Source: an uncultured Candidatus Binatia bacterium
Lineage (GTDB): Bacteria; Desulfobacterota; Binatia; UBA9968; CAXXLF01
Assembly: GCA_965218425.1 (NCBI GenBank)
Contig: OZ244621.1
Location: 1,632,001 to 1,696,000, forward strand
Direction: 5' to 3'
Length of the DNA stretch: 64,000 bases
Below the pieces are notes generated by a model. It saw only the letters and a program-made list of their open reading frames with translations. It made no database searches and was not told the DNA's origin. This document shows, in pieces, positions 54,088 to 63,494 of the stretch (positions are counted from its first letter, which is position 1; every line of letters begins with the position of its first letter). The translations under genes were made by a program, and so were the position numbers.

Positions 54088-54116
54088 TTAATAGTGCCTA
54101 ACCTCTACAAGACAGC

Positions 54117-54218
54117 TTCCAAATGGAGAGGACGTTCCAAAAGAGAACTGGTACGATACAAACTGGAATCCGAAAGGGAATCAAACTTAGAATATCAGAA
54201 AGGCAATCCTGACTCCGG
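54117..54218 (+). repeat. RAYT-element end, family A copy 3
   Basis: Resembles 52140-52245. Confidence 0.7.
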
Positions 54219-54249
54219 CCCCTGGAGATGTGTCTCAATGGGTAGTTCA

Positions 54250-57200
54250 TCACGTTCCCTCTCCGAGAACCTCGACGACCTCAGCGATCACCTGCAGCGG
54301 CCCCTCGTCCGTGCCGGTTAGGATGATCGGCTCGAAGTCCGCGTTGACAGGGTTGAGTATGATTCTCGTATGGTGCCATGAGTCTCCGTCGCCGGCCTTC
54401 TCGCTTTTGTAACGCTTGACGGTGTAGCGCTCGCCGCTTTCCGGATCGGCGGCGTCGCGCATCTGCACGAGCACCGTCTTGCCCTGGCGCGTGCCCTCGA
54501 CGGGCGCCGCGAAGAGGCAGTACGCGCCGTCGGGGATGGCCGGCTCCATGGACTTGCCGACCACCTGGGCGACGAACATGCCACGACGGAGGCGGCGCTT
54601 GGTCTCGACTGCCGCCCATTCATAGTCATCGTCATCGATGTACTGGAGGTCGCTGAATGCGCCCGCGGCGGCCTTGAGAGGGACGAGCGGCACGCAGGTC
54701 ACGTAGCGCTCCTCCGGCTGGGGCTCGACGATACGCAGGCGTGCCGGAAGCGCGCTGGGTCCCGCGTGCTCCTCTCCTCCGCGAGTGTCGTCGCTTCTCA
54801 GCCGCCGATACGCCTGCGACGCCATCCATGTCGTCACGAGCTTCTGGAAGGGCGCGTCGTTCATGAACCGGACGAAGATCTCCTCGTTCTGATCCATGCG
54901 CTCGACGAACAGATTCTCCAACAGGCTCTTGAACACCAGCTCGAACTTGTCGCCCGGATTGACCGCGGCCGCCTGTCGCAGACCGTCGTCGGCCATGGCC
55001 GCTTCGACAATCTGATCGAAGAAGAGCTGATCGGCCTGGTTGAAGTCCGTGCCGAAGCGTTCGTTGACGATGTCGATGAGCTGGGAGAGCGGCACCGACT
55101 GCTCGTTCGCAGCGCCGCTACCGACCTCGGTGGGCCCATCCAGGGCGCCCGCAACGCCGTCCCGGAGCGAGATAGAGCCTTCGCTGATCTTCTGCAGGCG
55201 GTAGTACTCGATCCGCACCTCGTCATCGAACTGGTACGCCGGGCCACTCTTGCGACGTGGCAGCTTCGCCACGAGATGGCGGAGGAACACGTACAGTTGC
55301 TCGAGATCCGAGTCCTGGTACGGAATCACCTGGCTCAGGAACCCATACAGATTCAAAAACGCCTGCACCTTGCCGCGCCAGTCTTCCGCCCCCTCCTCGT
55401 TGTCGTCCCGGCGGACCGTGAATCGCGACACCGCCGGATCGAGAGCGGCGTTCATGGTCCGGTGATCCAGCGCACTCTGCCGACGCTTCGGCTTGAAGTA
55501 GACGTCTCTGAACCGCTCAACCTCCTCATCGAGGTAGATTCCCGAGGCATCCAGCTCGCCCTTGATCGCGTACATGCGGGCGGGGTCGACTTCCTCGCCC
55601 ATCTCGGAACCTTCGTAGTAGGTCTTGAAGGCCTCGCGAATCTCCTCCCTGTCGTTCACGAAGTCGAGAACGAATGTGTCTTCCTTGAGCGGGTGAATGC
55701 GGTTCAGCCGGGAGAGGGTCTGAACGGCCTGAATGCCCGCGAGCCGCTTGTCCACGAACATCGTGTGCAGCAGCGGTTGATCGAACCCGGTCTGGTACTT
55801 CTCCGCCACGAGCAGGACCTGATACTCCTGCGTCGCGAACTTCTCAGGCAGCTCTTTCTCGGAGATGCCCTGGTTCATGCCCGGTTCGGTATAGGTGACG
55901 CCTGCGAGCTTGTCGTCCACCACCGTGCCGGAAAACGCCACCAGCGACTTGATGGCGTAGCCCTTCTTCCGGATATAGCGATCGAAGCTCTGCTTGTAGC
56001 GGACCGCTTCGAGGCGCGACCCCGTCACCACCATCGCCTTGGCCCGGCCGCCGATCTTGTGCCGCGTGACGGCCTGGAAGTGCTCGACCATCACCTCGGT
56101 CTTCTGCGCGATATTGTGCGGATGCAGCCTCATGAAACGCGCCAGCGCCTGCGCGGCCTTCTTGCGCTTTACGTTGGGATCGTCCTCGCACGCCTTGAGC
56201 AGCCTGAAGTACGTCGCGTACGTGGTGTATTGATTCAGCACGTCGAGGATGAACTCTTCTTCGATCGCTTGCCGCATGGTGTAGCGGTGCGCCGGCTGCC
56301 CATCGCGGCCGAACACGGCGAGCGTCTTGTGCTTGGGCGTGGCGGTGAAGGCGAAGAAGCTCAGGTTCGCCTGCTTGCCGCGCTTGGCCATGCTGCGGAA
56401 GAGCTCTTCCATGTCTTCCCGGCCTTCCTCGGACGCGCGCTTCTTGGCTTCGTCCCGAAGCCCCTCTCCGCCCAGCACTTCCTTGAGATCGGTCGCCGTC
56501 TCGCCGCTCTGAGAGCTGTGCGCCTCGTCGACGACGACGGCGCAACGCCGGGTGGCGAGCGTGCCCGTGCCTGTCGTCCCGCGTTCCTCGGCCATCTTGA
56601 GCAAGTGGCGCGAGACGAAAGGGAATTTCTGCAGTGTTGTGATGATCACCGGCACCGCATTCTCGAGCGCTTCGGCGAGTTGTCGCGAGCTCTCGTCGAT
56701 CCGCTGCACGACGCCCCGCTTGTGCTCGAACTGGTAGATCGTGTCCTGGAGCTGCTGGTCGAGCACGACGCGATCCGTGACCACGATAACGCTGTCGAAA
56801 ACGCGCTGGTTGGCGGCATCGTGCAGGGATGCGAGCCGATGCGTCAGCCAACCTATGGTGTTGCTCTTGCCGCTGCCTGCCGAATGCTCGACGAGGTAGT
56901 TGTGCCCCACGCCCTCGCTGCGGGCGGCGTCCACCAGCATGCGCACCGCCTGGAGTTGGTGGTAGCGGGGGAAGATCATGGCCTCCGTCTTGACCTTGCG
57001 GCCCCGGTCGTCGCGCTTCTCGTCCATCTGCAAGTGGATGAAGCGGGCGAGGAGGTCGAGCAGGCTGTCACGCCGCAGCACCTCTTCCCATAGGTATGCC
57101 GTGCGGTAGGTCCGGCCCGCCGGATCAGGCGGGTTCCCGGCCGCTCCGTCGCAGCCTTTGTCGAACGGAAGAAAATGTGTCGCCGCGCCGGCGAGCCGCG

Positions 57201-57804
57201 TGGTCATGAGCACGGACTCGGTATCCACGGCAAAGTGCACCAACGTGCGCCGCTTGAACTCGAAGATCGGCTCGCGCGGGTCGCGGTCCTGCTTGTACTG
57301 TCGGCGTGCATCCTCAACGGTCTGTCCGGTGAGCGGGTTCTTCAGTTCCAGCGTAGCCACGGGAATGCCGTTCAGGCTCAGCGTGACATCCAGCGACTTC
57401 TCGGAGCGTGGCGAGAAGCGGAGCTGGCGGGTAAGCCCCAGACGGTTGGCGGCGTAGCGGGATTCAAGCTCCGGATTCAACTCGTGCGCCGCCTTGAAGT
57501 ACGCCGCATGGAGCGTTCGCCCGTAACACTTGAACCCGTGTCGCAGCGTCGCAAGCGCGCCGTTGCCGTCCATCCACTTGCACAGATCGCCGAGGATCTG
57601 CTCTCCGGTCTTGTCGCCGTGCAGCGACTCTAGCTTGGCCCATTCCTTCGGTTGGGTCTCGCGGATGAAGGCGAGGACCGTCTCGGGAAAGATCGCGCGC
57701 TCGCGGTCGAAGCCCTCGCGCGCGACCGTCACATACCCGTTCTCAAGCAGGTGCGCTTCGATGACGGTCTCGAAGGCGGTTTCGGAGTGACGACCTTGGC
57801 TCAT
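54250..57804 (-). CDS. hsdR: Type I restriction subunit R with C-terminal S24 (LexA-like) peptidase domain
   Basis: LELKN nuclease motif, HSAGSGKS, DEAHSS, FTATP, QTGFD, SRLNR; tail AAAG..GKSM..TVKR. Confidence 0.93.
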   Translation of the reverse strand: MSQGRHSETAFETVIEAHLLENGYVTVAREGFDRERAIFPETVLAFIRETQPKEWAKLESLHGDKTGEQILGDLCKWMDGNGALATLRHGFKCYGRTLHAAYFKAAHELNPELESRYAANRLGLTRQLRFSPRSEKSLDVTLSLNGIPVATLELKNPLTGQTVEDARRQYKQDRDPREPIFEFKRRTLVHFAVDTESVLMTTRLAGAATHFLPFDKGCDGAAGNPPDPAGRTYRTAYLWEEVLRRDSLLDLLARFIHLQMDEKRDDRGRKVKTEAMIFPRYHQLQAVRMLVDAARSEGVGHNYLVEHSAGSGKSNTIGWLTHRLASLHDAANQRVFDSVIVVTDRVVLDQQLQDTIYQFEHKRGVVQRIDESSRQLAEALENAVPVIITTLQKFPFVSRHLLKMAEERGTTGTGTLATRRCAVVVDEAHSSQSGETATDLKEVLGGEGLRDEAKKRASEEGREDMEELFRSMAKRGKQANLSFFAFTATPKHKTLAVFGRDGQPAHRYTMRQAIEEEFILDVLNQYTTYATYFRLLKACEDDPNVKRKKAAQALARFMRLHPHNIAQKTEVMVEHFQAVTRHKIGGRAKAMVVTGSRLEAVRYKQSFDRYIRKKGYAIKSLVAFSGTVVDDKLAGVTYTEPGMNQGISEKELPEKFATQEYQVLLVAEKYQTGFDQPLLHTMFVDKRLAGIQAVQTLSRLNRIHPLKEDTFVLDFVNDREEIREAFKTYYEGSEMGEEVDPARMYAIKGELDASGIYLDEEVERFRDVYFKPKRRQSALDHRTMNAALDPAVSRFTVRRDDNEEGAEDWRGKVQAFLNLYGFLSQVIPYQDSDLEQLYVFLRHLVAKLPRRKSGPAYQFDDEVRIEYYRLQKISEGSISLRDGVAGALDGPTEVGSGAANEQSVPLSQLIDIVNERFGTDFNQADQLFFDQIVEAAMADDGLRQAAAVNPGDKFELVFKSLLENLFVERMDQNEEIFVRFMNDAPFQKLVTTWMASQAYRRLRSDDTRGGEEHAGPSALPARLRIVEPQPEERYVTCVPLVPLKAAAGAFSDLQYIDDDDYEWAAVETKRRLRRGMFVAQVVGKSMEPAIPDGAYCLFAAPVEGTRQGKTVLVQMRDAADPESGERYTVKRYKSEKAGDGDSWHHTRIILNPVNADFEPIILTGTDEGPLQVIAEVVEVLGEGT

Positions 57805-58451
57805 GCCCCCATCCTTGCGAGCTTTTGGCCCAACAGCCAGACCGCGACCTGAACATATGGAGCGAGTTCCCCGACTCCTGCGTCACGTCTGGTTCGCTCG
57901 CGTTCGAGCCGTTCACGAGGCACACGGCCGTGATTCCGTTTCTTCTGGTTCTCCCACCATTCGAGTACCGCGTCGTAGACGCCCTTCCGATTGTTCTTCA
58001 GTTTGGCGAGGTTCAGATTCAACACGTTGTTGAGCTGGCCATCGAAACCTGCCTCATCCGCGTGGATCGAGCCATCCGGCTCGTACCGGATGCGGGTCTC
58101 GATGCGATGCGCCTGGTTGGCGGGATTCCACTCAAGGTCCCTGTCCCCCTTCCTCGTGTCGCAGTGCTGGAGGTGAGCCGGTTGTCCATGCCCGCCGAGA
58201 CAGGCGCCGAGGAGATTCCGGTAGTTGAGTTGTTCGTCTTGGTGGTCTTTTTGGTCCCTCCAGTGCTCGATCTTCATGGACGCTCGCTCGGGGCGGATGC
58301 GACCCATGCAGTAGCAGCACAGCCCGTGCTGCTCGATAACAAGGGCGTGTCGAAGATCGTTCTTCGGCACGTAGTTGTCATAATCGCAGTGCGGTGTCTG
58401 GCGATGCGACCTGAGGCTTGCTGGTTCGCGACCCTTGGTGATCGCCCTCAT
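57801..58451 (-). CDS. HNH endonuclease (TIGR02646/PtuB-like)
   Basis: EQHGLCCYC, KIEHW, YRNLLGAC..HCDTRKG, LNLN. Confidence 0.85.
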   Translation of the reverse strand: MRAITKGREPASLRSHRQTPHCDYDNYVPKNDLRHALVIEQHGLCCYCMGRIRPERASMKIEHWRDQKDHQDEQLNYRNLLGACLGGHGQPAHLQHCDTRKGDRDLEWNPANQAHRIETRIRYEPDGSIHADEAGFDGQLNNVLNLNLAKLKNNRKGVYDAVLEWWENQKKRNHGRVPRERLERERTRRDAGVGELAPYVQVAVWLLGQKLARMGA

Positions 58452-59764
58452 TCCTCGCCCTCCATAAAATCGAGGAGGGTTCGGATTCGGGTGACTTCGG
58501 GATCATTCTCGCCAAGCCGGTCGACGAGTTGTGCCAGCAATTCACGTGCGCTCTCGTACCGCTGATTACTAACTTCGTGGGACACCTGCGAGAGTAGCAC
58601 GTCGACTTTCTGAGTGCGGGGGTCTGCACCCATGATTTCTTCCAGGACCCGGCTCGAGTCCACCCCGAAGGAATGGGGAGGCGAATAAACCTCGCCTTTC
58701 GAGATGATCTGGATGTGATCGTGCTCGACCTCGCCAATGACTTGCGGCGAATGGGTCGTGGCGATGAACTGGCAGCGCGGGAACGTCGTCGTGAGTTTGT
58801 GAACGATCTGCCGCTGCCAAGACGGATGGAGGTGCAAGTCCAGTTCATCGATTAGGACTACAGCCTCGCCCTCCTGCAGCGGATCGTCAAGATTCGGATT
58901 TGCCTGGGACAACCGCTTTGCAAGGTCGAGGACCATGCCAAGTACGCCTCGCTCTCCATCAGACAGCTGGCTCACATCGAGCGTGGTGCCATGGCTGTCA
59001 ATCAAGAGGCTAGAGGCATCTTCATTGTGTCGGATGTTCTGACAACTCGGGAGGAATCGGGTTGCTGAGACCTGGAGGACTTCTAGATGCCGAGCGGCAA
59101 CTGGTAACTCGGCAGCCAAGGTGGATTGCGTGCGCATCCACTCGGCGAACTGCCTAACCTGCCATGGTCTTGAAACTAGCGCTTCGGCATATGCAGCTGC
59201 TCTGCCACCCGAGGTCTTGCTTTTTGGAGCCTTCGCCCCAGCGACGACGGAGCGATTCGTCGCGAAAAAGACGCAGTTTGGGGCCATTTTGAGCGCCCGT
59301 GCCGTTCGGGAGAGTTCGCCCTTCCCAGGGAACAGCGTATCGGAATCCGAGACTCCGTGCGAATCTTCAAGGTCCCTTAGCAGATTTCGCGCACGATCCC
59401 GTAGACGTTCTGACTCCAAAATTTCCCTGCGAAGACGTTCGATGTTCTCTTCATCATCGGCTGCGAATTTCGTTTTCCACTGCCGTCGAGTCAAACGGAA
59501 TTCCTTGTCGCCTAAATTGGCGTCCAGCGAAACGTCCAAAAAAGGGAATCCGGCCCGTATGTCGTCGACGACAAAAGACATCGCCCTTGACCGGCTATTA
59601 GAAATCGAAGGAAGGACCCGTGACATGCAAATGCGAATCGCGTCCAAAATTGTGCTCTTGCCGACACCGTTGACTCCCACAATTAAGTTCAGTCCAGTTT
59701 TAAACGAGAACTCCGCAAACTCTATGGCGCGCAAGTTCGCGAGATGGAGACGCGTTACTCTCAT
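58448..59764 (-). CDS. ABC/AAA_21-type ATPase (PtuA-like)
   Basis: GVNGVGKS, LSDGE signature, LIDELDLHLHPSWQ, TTHSP. Confidence 0.88.
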   Translation of the reverse strand: MRVTRLHLANLRAIEFAEFSFKTGLNLIVGVNGVGKSTILDAIRICMSRVLPSISNSRSRAMSFVVDDIRAGFPFLDVSLDANLGDKEFRLTRRQWKTKFAADDEENIERLRREILESERLRDRARNLLRDLEDSHGVSDSDTLFPGKGELSRTARALKMAPNCVFFATNRSVVAGAKAPKSKTSGGRAAAYAEALVSRPWQVRQFAEWMRTQSTLAAELPVAARHLEVLQVSATRFLPSCQNIRHNEDASSLLIDSHGTTLDVSQLSDGERGVLGMVLDLAKRLSQANPNLDDPLQEGEAVVLIDELDLHLHPSWQRQIVHKLTTTFPRCQFIATTHSPQVIGEVEHDHIQIISKGEVYSPPHSFGVDSSRVLEEIMGADPRTQKVDVLLSQVSHEVSNQRYESARELLAQLVDRLGENDPEVTRIRTLLDFMEGEE

Positions 59765-61053
59765 GCCGCTTCCCCAATGTCGATCTGGCCAGTTACAGCA
59801 GCAGCGATAAGGGCTGTTCGGCGCTCTTTGAGAAGGGTTATAGTTCGATCCGTAGCCTCGACTAGGCGATCGAGGCGAGACGTCCTTTCACGTAGACTTG
59901 CCACGATAGCCTTCTGTTCGGAGGGTGGGGGAAGTGGGACCTCCATGTCGTTTAGCGTCTCAACAGTTAGTTGATTGATCGTCGACGTGGAAAAGGCACC
60001 CGCTTGATAGTCAAAGAGCGGAGAGTTGAAGATGTAGAAGAGATACTCATTGTGAGGACTCCGAAAGACAGTCATGAATGCACCAAACGTCAAGCCAGTA
60101 GCAGCTTGAACTATCAGAGCGTTCTTGCCAATCAATGTACGGCTACCGCTTCGCGAGCAGATAAGTATGTCGCCCAGTCTGGTTCTGAGATTCTCGGGAA
60201 TGTCCATCAGAACAAACAGCTTGTCGTCGAGAATGATCTTCTGGTCTTGGACATTTGAGGCTCGCAACACAAGAACACCGCTACCGTCGGTGACCGTGTC
60301 CGCTGGATCGAACGTTAGCCCAATGATTGCCTTGCCAACGTGCTTGAGCCGCTTGAGATCCCAATGCGCCGGAATCTCGCCGAGCCAGGGGATGCTGGAG
60401 TCTCGTAGCGGGGCGTGGGGGTCAAGGCCACGGGTGACGGCGCGGGTGATGAGCGCCCGGCGCTTCTCGGCCAACAGCCCGAGCACCCGCTCCTTTGCCG
60501 CCACTAACGCATCCAGCCGCGCCGTTTCGCGGTCGAGGTAGTCGGCGATGGCACGTTGCTGATCAAGCGCCGGCACTGCGATCTCGGTTTCTCCGACGAG
60601 ATCCGATTCAAGGCTCTCAACCGTACTGCCTACTTTGCTCCAAACGTTTAGTAGTTGCTGCTGATGCCCTTCTAATAGTCGGGCAAGAAAACGCGCCTCA
60701 AGCTGCGGGAACGGGATCAATGCGCGCATGTCTTGATTCAAAGCGATCGACACTCGATTAATCGCAACCGGAATCGAATGGCGCAGAATGCCCGAGCGCA
60801 TTACGAGCAGGACGGCACCAGGGGCAACGAGTTTGGTCGCACTGCTTTCGAGCCCATCTGTCGTGATGTGATCTTCCGTGTCATCGACGGTTGCGCTCCT
60901 CATATCCTTCGGCGACACCCAAGGAATTTCGCCATTCCAGTACTCTGGATTCCCCTTGTCTGGAGTTCCCCCACCTGCGAAACGACAGAGGTACTTGATG
61001 CGCTTGCGCGGCCAAGTAGTCGGAAACGCTGAGCCCCAGGAGACGGTACTCAC
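59761..61053 (-). CDS. hsdS: Type I restriction specificity subunit S
   Basis: Two TRDs with PALDQQRAIADYLD / PPPSEQKAI and LIAAAVTG conserved regions. Confidence 0.92.
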   Translation of the reverse strand: MSTVSWGSAFPTTWPRKRIKYLCRFAGGGTPDKGNPEYWNGEIPWVSPKDMRSATVDDTEDHITTDGLESSATKLVAPGAVLLVMRSGILRHSIPVAINRVSIALNQDMRALIPFPQLEARFLARLLEGHQQQLLNVWSKVGSTVESLESDLVGETEIAVPALDQQRAIADYLDRETARLDALVAAKERVLGLLAEKRRALITRAVTRGLDPHAPLRDSSIPWLGEIPAHWDLKRLKHVGKAIIGLTFDPADTVTDGSGVLVLRASNVQDQKIILDDKLFVLMDIPENLRTRLGDILICSRSGSRTLIGKNALIVQAATGLTFGAFMTVFRSPHNEYLFYIFNSPLFDYQAGAFSTSTINQLTVETLNDMEVPLPPPSEQKAIVASLRERTSRLDRLVEATDRTITLLKERRTALIAAAVTGQIDIGEAA

Positions 61054-63038
61054 TCCGTCACCTCCCGCAGCAAGCGCATGATCTTTTCCTCCTCTTGCTT
61101 CAGATCCGCGTCGATCTCTTCCAGCGGGCGCGGAGGCGTGTACTTGTAGAAGTGCCGGTTGAAGTTGATCTCGTAGCCGACCTTGTCCTTGCTGCGGTCC
61201 ATCCAGGCGTCGGACACGTGGGGGCGCACCTCGCGTTCGAAGTAGGCGTCGATGTCGTCAGTGAGCGGCACGTTCTCGAAATCCCGCAGGTCGGCATCCG
61301 GCTCATACCCGTTGTCGCCCCCGCCGCTGGCGACGGGCTCGGCTTCGGGGTCCTTTTGGGTGAAGACGCTGCGGAAGAGGTTCCGCTCGGTCGCCTTCCA
61401 CCGGGACTTGCGCGAGTGCAGCACGTCTTCGATACAGCTCCACTCCGCATTCCAGTCGCGCTTCGGCTCCCGCCCCAGCTCCTTGTCGATGGCCTGCACG
61501 TCGTCGAGCAGGTGCGGGCACGCATCGAGGAAACGGGCCTTGTCTTCCAGGGTCATCTGGTAGCGCAGGCGCAGGGGCCGCTCGACGGTCACGCGGGTGT
61601 AGCCGAAGTCGGCGTTGTCGAAGGTCTTGGAGGTCTCGCCGTCGATCCGCCGGCCGTAGATCTTCACGATCTCGTCGATCTGTCTGCGGGTGAGGTGGCG
61701 GCGCTTGTCGCCGAGGCTCCGCTTGTTGTCCTCGCCGCCGCCCGCGGTCCACACGTCGCGCGCGTCCAGGAGCTGGATCTTGCCCTTGCGTCGCTTTTCC
61801 TTGCGGTTGGTGATGATCCAGACGTAAGTGCCGATGCCGGTGTTGTAGAACATCTGCTCGGGCAAGGCGATGATGGCCTCGAGCCAGTCGTTCTTGATGA
61901 TCCACTTGCGGATGTCGCTCTCGCCCGAGCCCGCGCCGCCGGTAAAGAGAGGCGAGCCGCTGAAGACGATCGCTAATCGAGAACCGTGCTTGCGCTCTTT
62001 AGGACGCACTGGCTCGAACTTGCTAATCATGTGCTGCAGGAAGAGCAGCGAGCCGTCGTTCACGCGCGGCAGCCCGGCACCAAAGCGGCCGTCGGAACCG
62101 CGCTTGTCGTGCTCCCGCTTGATCTCCTTCTGCTGTTTCTTCCAGTCCACGCCGAAGGGCGGATTGGTGAGGAAGTAGTCGAATGACTCGTCCGCAAACC
62201 GGTCATCGGTGAAACTGTCACCGAAGCGTACGTTGTCGCCGCTACCATTGTGATCCACCTGTTTCATCAGCATATCGGACGCGGCGGTGGCGAATGCGCG
62301 CTTGTTGTAGTCCTGCCCATAGACGTAGAGCTTCGCCGCGCCATGATGCTCACGCAGGTAGTTCTGGGCCTCGGCCAACATCCCGCCGGTGCCGCAGGCG
62401 GGGTCGAGCAGCTTGCGGACGGTGCCGGGTGTGGCGAGCAGTTCGTCATCCTGGATGAACAGAATGCTTACCATCAGCCGGATGACCTCGCGCGGCGTGA
62501 AATGGTCGCCTGCGGTCTCGTTGGCCAGTTCGTTGAAGCGGCGGATGAGGTTCTCGAAGATTAACCCCATCTGCTCGTTCGGCACCGTGTTCGGGTGCAG
62601 GTCGACATCGCAGAACTTCGAGACGACGAGATAGAGGATGTTCGCCTCGCGCATTCGCTCGACCTCGTTCTCGAACTCGAAGAAGTCGAAGATGTCGCGC
62701 ACGTTCTTCGAGAAGCCCTTGATGTAGCTGACGAGGTGCTTCTCGATGTTGTCGGGGTCGCCCTTGAGCTTTTGGAAATCGAGGGGGGAGTGGTTGTGAA
62801 AACGCTGGCCAGCGGCTTTGTTCAGCCGCTGGTCCAAGGCTTCGCCCTCGACCTTGCCACCCTTGAGCCTTGCGTGTTCGGCCAGGACCTTGGCTTTCGA
62901 CGGGGCCAGCACGCAGTCGAACCGGCGCAGCACCGTCATGGGCAGCATGACACGCTCATACTGCGGGGGCCGGTACGGCCCCCTGAGTAGATCCGCAATT
63001 TGCCAGATCAGGATAGCGAAATAATTGTGATCCGCCAT
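61050..63038 (-). CDS. hsdM: Type I restriction N6-adenine methyltransferase subunit M
   Basis: IWQIADLLRG, GDHFTPREV, DPACGTGG, NPPF, FYNTGI. Confidence 0.95.
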   Translation of the reverse strand: MADHNYFAILIWQIADLLRGPYRPPQYERVMLPMTVLRRFDCVLAPSKAKVLAEHARLKGGKVEGEALDQRLNKAAGQRFHNHSPLDFQKLKGDPDNIEKHLVSYIKGFSKNVRDIFDFFEFENEVERMREANILYLVVSKFCDVDLHPNTVPNEQMGLIFENLIRRFNELANETAGDHFTPREVIRLMVSILFIQDDELLATPGTVRKLLDPACGTGGMLAEAQNYLREHHGAAKLYVYGQDYNKRAFATAASDMLMKQVDHNGSGDNVRFGDSFTDDRFADESFDYFLTNPPFGVDWKKQQKEIKREHDKRGSDGRFGAGLPRVNDGSLLFLQHMISKFEPVRPKERKHGSRLAIVFSGSPLFTGGAGSGESDIRKWIIKNDWLEAIIALPEQMFYNTGIGTYVWIITNRKEKRRKGKIQLLDARDVWTAGGGEDNKRSLGDKRRHLTRRQIDEIVKIYGRRIDGETSKTFDNADFGYTRVTVERPLRLRYQMTLEDKARFLDACPHLLDDVQAIDKELGREPKRDWNAEWSCIEDVLHSRKSRWKATERNLFRSVFTQKDPEAEPVASGGGDNGYEPDADLRDFENVPLTDDIDAYFEREVRPHVSDAWMDRSKDKVGYEINFNRHFYKYTPPRPLEEIDADLKQEEEKIMRLLREVTE

Positions 63039-63391
63039 TGCCTATTCAATCATTATCAAATTCAGGAATCAATTTTCCCGGATCTTACCCGAAATCGCCT
63101 ATTTATGCCAAGAAGAACAACTCTTACTTTCCGAGGAATCAGGTAAGCGTAAGGCAAAGAGAAGCAATAATTGTAATCGGAATTGAGAAATTTTACCGGG
63201 GAAAGTGGTCTGGCACGTTTTTGTCCTAGTGAATCTAATTCGTGTCGCTATCACTCGGCAACACATTCCTTCAAAACGTCTCAGTTCAGACTCTTCTAAA
63301 CAAGGATATCACTTCAGCGCCGGCTTTCAGCTTGTCCAGATAATCCGCCTAAACCAGCGTCATCTTCCGCCATAGTTACTCCGGCACTGTG

Positions 63392-63479
63392 TCTCAAAGA
63401 ATGCGATGACCAGCGTACTACCGCCGTCGCGTCGTTCGCACATTATTCATAACGCGACCGGTCCATCCCATTGTTATAC
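63392..63479 (-). other. Degenerate integron attC-like site
   Basis: R'' GTATAAC-5nt-L'' GATGGACC...L' GGTCATC-6nt-R' TTTGAGA; internal GTCGCGT/ACGCGAC stem. Confidence 0.5.
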
Positions 63480-63494
63480 GATTGCCTATGTCAA

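Noticed and set aside
54766..57093. 775-aa + strand ORF (and 61095-61976)
   Set aside because: Antisense shadows of hsdR and hsdM caused by codon bias
63040..63390. Retron msr-msd upstream of the PtuAB-like pair
   Set aside because: No RT in the window and no convincing a1/a2 inverted repeats
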